Positions 12,492 through 24,240 of a stretch of DNA of 55,640 nt are shown piece after piece (within the stretch, counting starts at the first letter, position 1; every line of letters begins with the position of its first letter). The notes under the pieces were generated by a model. The model was not told the DNA's origin and made no database searches. It was given only the letters and a program-made list of their open reading frames with translations. The position numbers and the translations under genes were made by a program. The DNA lies in the NCBI RefSeq assembly GCF_001194135.2, contig NC_068996.1:23002045-23057684 (forward strand). The letters run 5' to 3'. The stretch is from Octopus bimaculoides (Eukaryota).

Positions 12492-13385
12492 CAGGGGTGG
12501 AGAAACGTTTTAGTGCGGCGGGCAAAAAATTCCAGTGAAAAAGGCCTGCGTAAATCTTGTATGTATTTATGTATAATTCGATATACATTAATAAAGATAA
12601 GTTTAACACATCAAATTAACGTGTAACGTATTAATTAACGCCGCCACTGAATTTGGGATGTTTATATTACTTATGCGGTATTCTATATTTTTCAGTTGGA
12701 TTGTAGTTGGGTGTCAAGGGGGTGGTACAAACTTAGCAATATGTATTTTATAGTGAAAACAAAATTTTCATTCAAATAGCAATTACCGGACGATTTCTGT
12801 TGGAGTCTAACCGTTTTAAGTCGTAGTGGAAACGCGACCTATGAATATTGTATAATTCATATGAATATTGTATAAATTTTATAATTGAAAAATTTATTAT
12901 ATTTTGTACATATTTTGTATATAGACACAGGAGTGGCTGTGTTGTAAGCAGCTTGCTTACCAACCATATAGTTACGGGTTCAGTCTCACTACGTAACACC
13001 TTGGGCAATTGTCTTCTGCTATAGCCTCGAACCGACCAAAGCCTTGTGAGTGGATTTGGTAGACGGAAACTGAAAGAAGCTCGTCGTATATATGTACATA
13101 TGTGTGTATGTGTATGTCTGTGTTTGTCCCTCCCAACATCGCTTGACAACCGATGCTGGTGTATTTACGTCCCCGTAACTTAGCGATTCGGCAAAAGAGA
13201 CTGATAGAATAAGTACTAGGCTTGCAAAGAATAAGTCCTGGGGTCAATCTGCTCGACTAAAAGGCGGTGCTCCAGCATGGCCGCAGTCAAATTACTGAAA
13301 CAAATAAAAGAAAGAATAAAATATGAGTATATCAGCCTGCAGGCGCAATAAAAATGTGCTTGTGGCGAGGGTTTCCCTACCCCTG
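12492..13385 (+). mobile_element. hAT (Charlie/Ac-like) non-autonomous element B with nested SINE
   Basis: TIRs CAGGGGTGGAGAAAC / GTTTCCCTACCCCTG; perfect 8-bp TSD atctaaac (12484-12491, 13386-13393). Confidence 0.88.
12923..13320 (+). mobile_element. tRNA-derived SINE family A (~400 bp), full length
   Basis: Head caggagtggctgtgttgtaag..gggttcagtctc; body ccttgggcaa..ccgaccaaagccttgtgagtggatttggtagacggaaactgaaagaa; microsatellite linker; tail ggcggtgctccagcatggccgcagtcaaattactgaaacaaataaaaga. Confidence 0.9.
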
Positions 13386-14812
13386 ATCTAAACCAACTGA
13401 TTTTAAAATACTTTACTCTCTATACTGTAAGAAATATGCTAATAGTAAAGTAACTGTAACAGAATATCGAAACAATATTTAGTAAAGAATGTAATTGTTT
13501 TGCGCTTTTCTAATGTCTGCCATTTCAGGATAGTTTCTGACCTGAGTTAATACGAATTCAGTATGTACGTACCAGCTGTCAGAATGTATTTAATATGTAA
13601 AATTGGTATATCCACTAGTATTACACCGCTATATTTAATGACTATTTAAGCAATGAGTTCGTGGATGGTTAATAGGTTGCATGTGGTGCTGATGAAGGAA
13701 CAATAACTCCTGAAATATGCATATACACACATTACCCATTTTCTCATCTTTGATCGCTTTGTTTACATTATGCTGGCTATAATTTCTCCAGAAAATCTGT
13801 AGAGAACCTTTCAAGAAAAGTGATTTAATAGCACCACTAACACAGTGGGACACAATATTGACTTTTAAAGCGTTTAATATACTTTGTAGTATATATCATG
13901 GCTACATAACAAAATACTGTGTCCCTTAAAGTAATTAGCCAATAGAAATAGTGCTCTTCAGGATCTGGTTATTCAGTTATATAAGATTTTGCTTATTTTC
14001 TTTCTGTTTTACAATTGATTCATCGGATTCGAAGGGCGTTATAGTTATAGTAGCGTTGTTGTGCCGGTAGAGAAGGAAAAAAATGGGGGTCTGTTTATAT
14101 TAGTTGTGTCCTTTTGATTAATTTGCCTTTGGGTTAACAAAGACATTGCATTTTCTTAGATGATAAAAATGTCATAAATTTTATGTATAAAAAAAAACCC
14201 AATGAAAATTAGTTTAATTCAAAAAAGTATATATATATNNNNNNNNNNNNNNNNNNNNNNNNNNNNNNNNNNNNNNNNNNNNNNNNNNNNNNNNNNNNNN
14301 NNNNNNNNNNNNNNNNNNNNNNNNNNNNNNNNNNNNNNNNNNNNNNNNNNNNNNNNNNNNNNNNNNNNNNNNNNNNNNNNNNNNNNNNNNNNNNNNNNNN
14401 NNNNNNNNNNNNNNNNNNNNNNNNNNNNNNNNNNNNNNNNNNNNNNNNNNNNNNNNNNNNNNNNNNNNNNNNNNNNNNNNNNNNNNNNNNNNNNNNNNNN
14501 NNNNNNNNNNNNNNNNNNNNNNNNNNNNNNNNNNNNNNNNNNNNNNNNNNNNNNNNNNNNNNNNNNNNNNNNNNNNNNNNNNNNNNNNNNNNNNNNNNNN
14601 NNNNNNNNNNNNNNNNNNNNNNNNNNNNNNNNNNNNNNNNNNNNNNNNNNNNNNNNNNNNNNNNNNNNNNNNNNNNNNNNNNNNNNNNNNNNNNNNNNNN
14701 NNNNNNNNNNNNNNNNNNNNNNNNNNNNNNNNNNNNNNNNNNNNNNNNNNNNNNNNNNNNNNNNNNNNNNNNNNNNNNNNNNNNNNNNNNNNNNNNNNNN
14801 NNNNNNNNNNNN

Positions 14813-14847
<35 letters not shown>

Positions 14848-15124
14848 CCACTATATCAAGTCTGCTCGTTAACCAGCTGGAAAAGACGTTTTCCTGGGGT
14901 TAAAATGTAGTATAGTTCCGTATACAACAGCCATGTTATAGTGGGGAAAAAAAACGTTGCCATCTAGTATTGTTACTACTTATATCTCGTTTAGAGATTT
15001 TAGAGCTAACTACTTTGCTCATACATATATATATTATGGACTCTTCCGCCGTTAGACGACGTATGAGGGTTTGACAATTTCTTACCCAACAACCACACAG
15101 ATGATTTGGTTATAGTGGTCAAAT

Positions 15125-15336
15125 GTTTATGTAGATATAAGCTCACTCGCTCCATCAAATCGACATTGCTTGTACAGGTACAACTGGGTGCCACATGCCA
15201 GATGCTGAAATGATCGCTGAGCAACGTGAAATGAAGTGTTTGCTCAAGAACATAACGCAACGCCCGGTCTGGGAATCGAACCCACGAACTCGCAATCGTG
15301 AGTGCAACACCCTAACCACCAAGCCATGCGCCTTCA
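15125..15336 (-). mobile_element. SINE family C, tail type 1
   Basis: Reverse complement reads tgaaggcgcatggcttggtggttagggtgttgcactcacgattgcgagttcgtgggttcgattcc (A and B boxes). Confidence 0.85.
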
Positions 15337-15854
15337 CAATATATATATACACACACACACACACCACTTAAAAGTGGATGTTGCGTTTGAACGCACAAGT
15401 ACTGCGATATTTACCACGAGAGAAAAATTCTCATGGTTGTTTTTGTGCATATAAGTGTGTTTATATTTGTGTGTGTGCGTGTACGCGCATGGAAGATAAT
15501 TCTCCATAACTTACATGTGCATGTGCTTTTTTTATATGTGTTTGCATTCGAAATTCATGGGCTACAAGCAATGGACTTACTGTCATACATTGCTCCATTC
15601 AACAAATCAGCCGTAGATTTTGCTCATTCGAAGACATGCGAAGTAAGAGTTCTTTTACTTGAAAAACAAGTAAGGGTTAGCGGTAGCAAGGGCTTCCGGC
15701 TTGTAAAACACTGTCTCGATAATAATAATATACTCTTTAATGTGTGATTTATGTTGTAAAACGGACGTTAAAACGAATGAGCGAACTCATAAATATCTAT
15801 TTTACGCGCGCGCACACACACACAAACACACAAATAAAATCTCTAACACACATC

Positions 15855-16088
15855 TTTTATCTTTTGTTTCAGTTTTTAGATTATGGCCATGCTGGGGCAT
15901 CGCCTTGAACGGTTTTATTCGAATGACTCGACCTCAATACTTATTTTTAAAGCCTGGTACTTATTCTGTCGGGCTCATATGCCGAAGCGCTAACTACGGA
16001 GATGTAAACAAACCAACACCGGTTCTCAAGGGCTGGTGGTGGAACAAACGCAGATACAGATATTCGTGTGTATGTGTGTGTGTGTGTG

Positions 16089-16119
<31 letters not shown>

Positions 16120-16262
16120 TTACGACGGGTATCTTACACTTTCCGTCTACCAATCCACTCTCAAATCTTTGGCCGGGCCGGCCCGGTACCACGTATTGGG
16201 ACTAAAATTTGAGCTACGTGATCGGAAAGCAAACTTCTTACCACACAATCTCGCCTTCGCCT
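15855..16262 (-). mobile_element. SINE family A with internal deletion in the 5' half
   Basis: Tail, core, linker and head segments all match 12923-13320. Confidence 0.8.
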
Positions 16263-16264
16263 AA

Positions 16265-16392
16265 TTAGGATGAAAAACAAAGTAGACGTCGGTGAAATTT
16301 GAACTCAAAACGTGAAGAAATGCTGTTAAGCAGTGAGGCGTGCTAACGATTCTACCAACTCGCCACCCTACAATTTTGCTAGCTCGCCGCCA
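16265..16392 (-). mobile_element. SINE family B, 5' half plus a second head fragment
   Basis: atttgaactc..gtgctaacgattctaccaactcgccacc; gctagctcgccgcc. Confidence 0.7.
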
Positions 16393-16446
16393 CGTTTAAG
16401 AAAAATGCTTATAACATTATATATATTTTATATATATAGGATCTGT

Positions 16447-16760
<314 letters not shown>

Positions 16761-17264
16761 TATCAAAGCAATTTAGAAAATTAGAATTGCCATTAGAGGT
16801 AGATCTCAAAGTGAGATAACCTTCACAAACGTCTGTCAATTATACAAGTGCAAAAGCACGTGTGGCAACATCTATTTGTCATTAAGTAGGTTGATGCTAA
16901 GTAATGTAGTAATGGTATAGAAAGTGCCAAATAAACTTGAAATAAGTTTAAGACTAGCTCCGTTAACTATATTAACGTTTTATACTGTTAGAAAAATTGC
17001 AAAAACACATACAAAAAGATTAATAAAGCACTTGAATGAATGTACGGAAAGTTTGTTTTTTTTTTCAATTTATTTGAAAAAAAAAAAAAAGAAACTGCAA
17101 GAAATAATAATCTGCGAGTACCGTTCATTTTTTATAACAGTAATTTGGAAGAAAAAGATCTGCTTCAGTTTTAATTTTCATAAAAACATTGGTTTTACGA
17201 AAAATTGTTGCGTTAATTCGAAGAATTAAAACTAACCTCTTTTTAATTTTAGCACGAAGCTAGT

Positions 17265-17449
17265 TATGTTTTGTGCAGGCAACAAGTTGATTGTATCGAT
17301 CTCAGGGCTTCAACGCTACTTTGTTTTATCGACTCCCAAAAGGGATGAAATGTAATGTCAACCACGGCGAAGTTTGAACTCAGAAGAGTCGGAAGAAGTG
17401 CCAATAAGTATGTTGTTCGGCATGCTAACGATTCTGCCAGCTCGTCGCT
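17265..17449 (-). mobile_element. SINE family B
   Basis: ttttatcgactcccaaaagggatgaaa..tttgaactcaga..catgctaacgattctgccagctcgtc. Confidence 0.8.
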
Positions 17450-18267
17450 CTCTTTTATCTGTGGAATTAATGAAATATTTCGTCATGGATTGATTAACAG
17501 ATTGTACAGACCTTTTTTTTTTTTTTTTTTAAAGATAAACTATTAAATGAACTTAATTTTTAATCGTGATTTAAAAGAGGGGATGGGGACAAATGTTATG
17601 TACACAGTCTATTTCTAACCTCATTGCCGCCATCATCACCATCAAGAGAAGTCTTTAAAGGATTGAGTAAAAACTATAAGAAATATGGCAATATTAGGTA
17701 GTGAAGCGTCTTGTAAATCTGACTGACCTATTATAAAATATTGATCTTTTTAATTTTGTTGATTTATAGATATGTCGTTCACCTCTTTATAATTATGTAA
17801 GAAAAAGTCTATTTACCACCATTACCGTATGCTATAAATGAAAGTAATTTTGGATTTATTAAAATTTTTATGTAATCTAAATAGTTTAGTTTCGAAATTA
17901 AGTTCTTTTTTATACTTCCACTACAATATAAATTAGAATTACTTGGCTTACGTATTCACTCTTAACTTAATACGCTCCGGCTGTTTCGAACCTTAATGTG
18001 CTAACTGCTGTTGTTTCTCGTCTATGGAGAAAAACGCTTCCTTTCAGACGAATGTGCGTTCATAACACACTCGATTCGTTAGCGCAAGGGGACCCTAAGT
18101 TAGTTAATTTTACAGAGCACTAAATCAAGAAGTACCAACAGAAGAAATAATAAGATAATTAAACTTTCTAGAGGTATTTAATTATCACTCTCGTAAGTTT
18201 GTGCATAGTGCCCAGCATAATCACAGCCGCTGTTTGAAAACCCATAATCGAATGATATTCTGAAATG

Positions 18268-18450
18268 ACGTGGGTGTCTCTTCGTGGTTTATCGAAATTT
18301 AGAAATAGCTAAATCTCCCTAAAACCGCATCCTTTTTTTTTAATGGTGACATTAGATAATGTAGGAATGGTTCGCCAACGACTGGGAAACTACAAGATGG
18401 GCATGTCTGGAATGCTTTGGCTCATAGGTTTGCTTGTGTGCATGGACCAA
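18268..18450 (+). repeat. Unclassified interspersed family D (probable retroposon, (AAC)n tail)
   Basis: aaatagctaaatctccc..cattagataatgtag..agatgggcatgtctggaatgctttggctcatagg recurs at 22752-22862 (+), 24880-24932 (tail gctaaacaacaac) and 27600-27850 (-, two tandem partial copies). Confidence 0.6.
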
Positions 18451-19191
18451 ACCGTACGTTCTTTTTAAATCAATCTATTTTTCGTGTCGATCTCGAATGA
18501 TTATGTGCGTTTAATTATTGTGTGCACGTTGTTGAAAATGCAGAAAACTCTATTGAAAATATGAATAATAGTGAAAATATAGTCAGGCTCAGTCAGAACC
18601 GTCTTAACAAGCCTCATAGGCCTCCTGGCAAAGCAATGCATTGGAACCTCTATATTTGACAGCAAGTCACAGCCTACAAAGATTAAGCACTGGGGATCCT
18701 TAGATCTGCAGGGCCTTCTGCCAACAACTAACTGCCCAGTGCGCCCTTGCTTTAGAACAGCACTAGATTAATAAGAATGGATTTGCTGGTCATAGTTAAT
18801 ATTGATCGAATAAGCTGAAACAGAATCGTGAGATACAGAAAAAAAAATCATATCGTCTTAGAAAAAGAATAAGTATCCTATACTAAAGTAGTGATATGAT
18901 TCCTTTGGTGTTAGAGACTTCTCTCCAATACTAACTATGATACTAACCATGGCTTTTGGTTGAAGTTTAGTTAGGGCTAGAAACAGTTCCTAGCTGCAAA
19001 CAGATGGAAATGTGATGAGAGAGTTTCTAGAAAGGAACTAATTTAACGAAATTGAAATGACGAAGCGGATCAAATGTTTAATTTATCGGCAGAATTATGT
19101 TTCAGGACTGAATGTAGAGATTAAAATTGTTTATGTGGATGGTGATAATTTCTCAAAAAAAAATTGATTTATATTAAAAGTTTCTTGTCCT

Positions 19192-19568
19192 TTTATCTTT
19201 TGTTTCAGTCATTGGACTGCGGCCATGCTGGGACACTGACTGGAAGGGTTTGATCGAACAAATCGACCCTAATACTTATTTTTTTAAAGTCTGGAAATTA
19301 TTCTATAAGTATTATTTGTCGAACCGCTAAGTTACGGGGACGTCACCAACCATCGCCAGTTGTCAAGCGGTGGTGGGAGATAAACACAAGCACACACAAA
19401 TTTATATATGACGGGCTTCTATCAGTTTCCGTCGACCAATCCACTCACAAAACATTTGTCGGCCCGGGGCTATAGTAGGAGACACTTGTCCAAGGTGCCG
19501 CGCAGTGGGACTGAACCTGAAACTATATGGTTACAAAGCGAGCTTTTTAACCATACCTGCATCCTGCC
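19192..19568 (-). mobile_element. SINE family A, full length
   Basis: All modules present in reverse complement (cagtcattggactgcggccatgctgg ... cagtgggactgaacc). Confidence 0.9.
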
Positions 19569-20880
19569 AAAAATGTTTTTCGTAAAATGTCAACGATTTT
19601 TTGTTTGCAGTTATATGTAGAGGAAGCTTCTTCGATAAAAGCGTAAAAGAGCGAATTTTAATATAAAGAACTACTGCCGACTCAAACGAGTTTCTGAAGA
19701 AGAAGAATAAATTGAACTAATTCCCCGTTGTATGGAGCTTGATAGCATTCCCAGAAGAGATGTCCCCTATTTTCGACATTTAGATTAATGAGGCATGTAG
19801 AATTAAATGAGTGATTTAAAGCCTTCAATAACATTGAACTAGCTACATGTTCGATCATTTCATCCAAATTTTACACACCAACATAGTAATGTTGCTTTGT
19901 TTGGCAATATAATAATGTTGGAATAAGAATAATTCCGTATTTGTAGGAAACAATATCATGTGTCTCTAATGAGACTTCCAAACATTCCTTGAAGTTTGAG
20001 ATTTCCTAATGACTATCATTGGTAGTGCATTCTACTATATTTTGGAAGTATATCGATTTCAGCATTTTCTATGTTGATGAAGATCGAAGCAGTTTTTGGA
20101 AATAGGTCGGTAAAAGTTAGTCAAGGACACTGTAGCTGAAATGCACGTACACTGATGTGGTATCTAAGGTTGACGCAAGTAGTTGCCTTCATAATCGTAC
20201 AAGATGTGTGTGTGTGACGGGGCGCAAGGCTAGTTTGTGAGAATACTGAGAGATATAAAGAAAATTGCAACGGTCTTTTCTTATAAAGTTGACTGGAACC
20301 ATAAACTTATTATGGATAAAATCCTGTTTCTTGTAAACTAAGGTCTGAAAAGCTGTTCGTTATTCAAGACTAATGATTTCAATAAATAAAATCATATTAA
20401 GTGGAGAGATGACAATTAGAACATATTTTGTAGTTAATAGTAGGGTTGAAGTAAAATGGTAGCTAATCTTTTCATTTGTTGATATTGATAATCAGAAGAT
20501 ATATTGTAAGGGTTTCGTAGCGAAGACAAGACGGAATAACAGCGTGTGTTGAAGCGGATCCTATTAAGGTAATGTATTAAAAGATTCCGAGTGGCATTAT
20601 ACTAGTATTGAAAGGATAATGGCACAAGTCTAAATGAATCTCGTGATCGACCCATAACTGAGCGCTAATAGTAAGCGGCAAGATTAAAGAATCGCCATGG
20701 CAGTTTGCAACTATGTCCTGTCCTGTTTTATACTTCGATTTATCTTGGAGGGAAAACGTTATGTACGAAACGGCTCTGATTAAAAATTTCTCTTGAAGGA
20801 AACCAGTAGTGGCTGACAACTGGAGGTTTTCACAGCCATCTTAAAACACGATTTCCATACGGTAGGATCTCAAACTTTCC

Positions 20881-21180
20881 TTTCTTATTCTCTTACATTT
20901 TCCAGCCATTGGACTGCGGCTATGCTGGAGCACCGACCTAAAGGGTTCAGTCAATCAAATCAACTCCATTGCTTATTTTTAAATCTGCTTCTTATTCTAT
21001 TGGACTATTTTTGCCGAACCTCTCAGTTGCGGTAACGTGAAGTTACGAACACCGGTTACCAAAAGGGTGTGAGAAAACACAAGTACGCACGTGCGCACAC
21101 ACTCACTCGTTCACACACACACACACCAATTCACTGAAACGGCACTGATTGGTTCAAGACTGTAGAAGACATTTGCGCCT
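20881..21180 (-). mobile_element. SINE family A, degraded
   Basis: cattggactgcggctatgctggagcaccg..tttttgccgaacc..gtagaagacatttg. Confidence 0.75.
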
Positions 21181-21504
21181 AAGATGAAATTTTTCTTTTT
21201 GTACTTTCTTAAAAAAGCTAACGTTCGGAAGCTAAACAAGGATGACGAACACACGATAAGTTTTTGAAAGTATAAAAAGTTATTGAACTATACTTAATTT
21301 CGTCATTAAATGAGACATTGAAATAATTTCACTGAACTCTTGAATGCTTGTAACATTTCTAATATATAGCATCTTTATGTCGTCATTAGCAAAAATGTAG
21401 AAAAAAAATGGATTAAAATTAAATGGGAATGGGCTTTTTAAATCCTGCTTGTGAAAAAATATTAAATTTATTCATTGTCAAATGTTGCTTAGTCCAGACT
21501 GGCA

Positions 21505-21690
21505 CAATTTTCAAGGGTTATTATTATCATTTGATTTATCGACTCCAGTACTTGCAAGATAACTTATTTTATCAATTTAGAAAGAACGAAAGGCAATAAT
21601 CCGGGCAAGATTTGAACTCGGGAAATGAAACATCATAACCAAATGGAAGACGGTATTTTTGTCTGAGGCTCTTCTGATTCTACCATCTGC
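21505..21690 (-). mobile_element. SINE family B, degraded
   Basis: atcgactccagtacttg..acttattttatc..atttgaactc. Confidence 0.6.
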
Positions 21691-21986
21691 TCTTCGATCG
21701 AGAGTTTTACGGCAGAAACTACAAAATTTCGCCGCAGAATTTAGATAGTGGGCCCCCCCCTCCACCTCCGCCTTCTCTGTTTCTGCGTCTCGTGTTATAA
21801 AAATAGAGTTTCTGTTTCGTAAACGATTCTTACAATAAATGACATTTAATACATTGTTCTGAGAACGCTTTTCACCCAAATCCTTTATATATATATATAT
21901 ATATAATTCTTCTTTTGCACTTCAAATAAGCGTCATATATTTAAGGTTTTGACACGTTAATTGTGAAAGATAATAGGGACATTAAA

Positions 21987-22212
21987 TATTAGGCTGTCAA
22001 ATAAATTCCTTTTTCTTTTTATTACTTGGCACTCTATCGTCATTTGTCTGAAAAGTAAAATTTATTCAAATTTCAAAAGTGATGTACAAAAGTTGTAGAG
22101 GAAGAATAGAGGCCTAAAAACACTACGATAAAAATATTTTTCGTGTTCAAATAACATTGGAAAGAATTAAAATGAATGGAGAAAAATGAACGAATTTAAC
22201 TGACCTCCCTAT
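21987..22212 (+). mobile_element. Mariner-type MITE family M1, copy 2
   Basis: TA-ttaggctgtcaaataaattcc ... gaacgaatttaactgacctccc-TA. Confidence 0.75.
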
Positions 22213-23401
22213 ATATATATGTGTGTGTGTTTTCTCTGCACCTTAATATTTAAGATTTTGGTGTCTTAATTGTGAAAGATAGAGGAAAATATAGAAAAAG
22301 GACTGCACAATAACGGATAGAATTTGTAACAGTTGCTGTTTTTTTTTATTTCTTTTTGTTTTTTGCTTAATTTTAAGAAACAGGCTAGTAAAATTATATT
22401 CAGTAGCTAAGTATGAATTCTTGACATCATGATGTGGAGATGAATTAGGGCTGTTTCCAGATCCAGCAAAATCTGCCTTATTATATTGCCTAACATTGTA
22501 AATTTTGTGAAAGCTGGCAACGTGTTTATCATTATTATAACACGAGGATTAGTGGAAATATTTCCGGATGAGAAATCTTTCCGTAGAAAGTAATTCCACA
22601 GTTCCTCTACGTTTGTCTCGATTGCAAGACAGGCTTGTTAGTAAATTTATTCAATTGTCTGTAAGTTATGTGTTTTAAGTAGTCTACGAGCGTGCCTCTA
22701 TGTTGTTAGTCGAGATAACAAACAAATTCTAATAAATTACAACCTACAATTTTTTAAAAACGGAAGGACACATTACGGAATGTATTCGCATGTAAAAAGG
22801 CGAGATGGTCATAACTGGAATACATTTGATCATAGACGTAAATCGTGACTAGACAACAAATACGTACAGGTACAACATTTTCCGGACACTGATCGTCTGT
22901 AACATTTTATAATCCACACTAAATTACAAATACCTGTACATTTAATTTGATATACATTTAAATTAGATTATGTTGACCAAGGTGACCACCTGGTTCGAAA
23001 AAAAAAATTGTAATCCGGAAAGATATTGGAGCGAAAGATTCCGGAAAATCGATGTGCGTCTATTATAATTGTTAATAATTTATAAGTCCTTTTTAGTTCA
23101 ACTCTGCCCTAATCCACAATATCTGCTGTTAGATCAAGGTAATCATATCATCGATCGTCATAAGAAGTTTCATAGTAGCTGAGGTATGCCATCGGGTTTA
23201 AATACATCGCTGACGTGATATGCCCTTGGATTGGGTGAACTCCATTCTCTCTCACTATACAGTTAAGGACTTAATTGCTTTGAATGGTACCATTTTTTAA
23301 AAATGGTATCTAACCTACTCTCCTGTTTTACGTTCCACAACATTCTAGTAAGAGATAGTGTAATAAAAGTGAATCAGACATTAAACGTCTTTTTATATTA
23401 A

Positions 23402-23960
23402 CAAGGTGTGGCTGTGTGGTAAAAAGTTTGCTTCCCAACCACACGGTTCCGGATTCATTCCCATTGTGCGGCACCTTGGGCAAGTGTCTTCTACTATATT
23501 CTCGGGCCGACCAAAGCCTTGTCAGTGGATTTGGTAGATGAAAACTGAAAGAAACCTGTGTTTGAAAAGGTTTAACGAAAGCGCTCACACACTAGAAAAA
23601 AACTTTTTTCCCGAAAAAGGTTAGTAACATCCTCATAACATTTCGTAACATTTAGAGATTTCGTAACGTTTTTTAAAAAATCACCTTTTCACTTCAAAAA
23701 CTATTAAGTAATCCTCATTCATATATATATATGTGTGTGTGTGTGTGTCTTTGAGTCTGTGTTTGTTCTCCATCGCCACTTGACAACCGGTGTTGGTGTG
23801 TTTATGTCCATGTATCTTAGAAGTTCATCAAAAGAGATCGATAGAATAAGTACCAAGCTTTAAAGAAAAAGGTACTGGGGTCGATTCGTTCGACCAAAAA
23901 TCCTTCAAAGCGGTACTCCGGCATGTCCGTAGTCTAATGACCGAATCAAGTAAAAGATGA
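23402..23960 (+). mobile_element. SINE family A with ~180 bp extra sequence in the linker
   Basis: 5' half 23402-23560 and 3' half 23745-23960 both match family A. Confidence 0.8.
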
Positions 23961-23991
23961 ATCGATATTCACCTATATAAACTCTAACTTT

Positions 23992-24240
23992 GTGAAGGCA
24001 CGTAGCCTAGTGGTTAGGCTGTTGCACTCACGATCGCTAGATCGTGGGTTCGTTTCCCTGACTGTGCAGCGCGTTGTGTTCTTGAGCAAAACACTTAATT
24101 TCACATCGCTCCAGTCCCCCTTCGATCAGCGGGAATTGTTGGCCTGCTCGTATAGCCAGTGGGGTCGCGTCATAAGAAAGCTAAAACAATTCAAAAGCGT
24201 ATTGTGACCAGCGATGTGTAATAGTCTGGTCGGTCACGTG
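23992..24240 (+). mobile_element. SINE family C, complete, tail type 2, with 12-bp TSD
   Basis: Perfect TSD aactctaacttt (23980-23991, 24241-24252); A box tagcctagtgg, B box ggttcgtttcc. Confidence 0.9.

Noticed and set aside
19682-19990. zf-RVT-like words (EMIEH, GHLFWEC, FPTNTELF) on the minus strand
   Set aside because: Scattered over frames with wrong spacing; could be an L1/Tx1 relic but cannot be supported by eye.
20521-20574. 48-nt in-frame exon candidate (RRQDGITACVEADPIK) with donor GTAATG
   Set aside because: The acceptor has no pyrimidine tract and the peptide is unrecognised.
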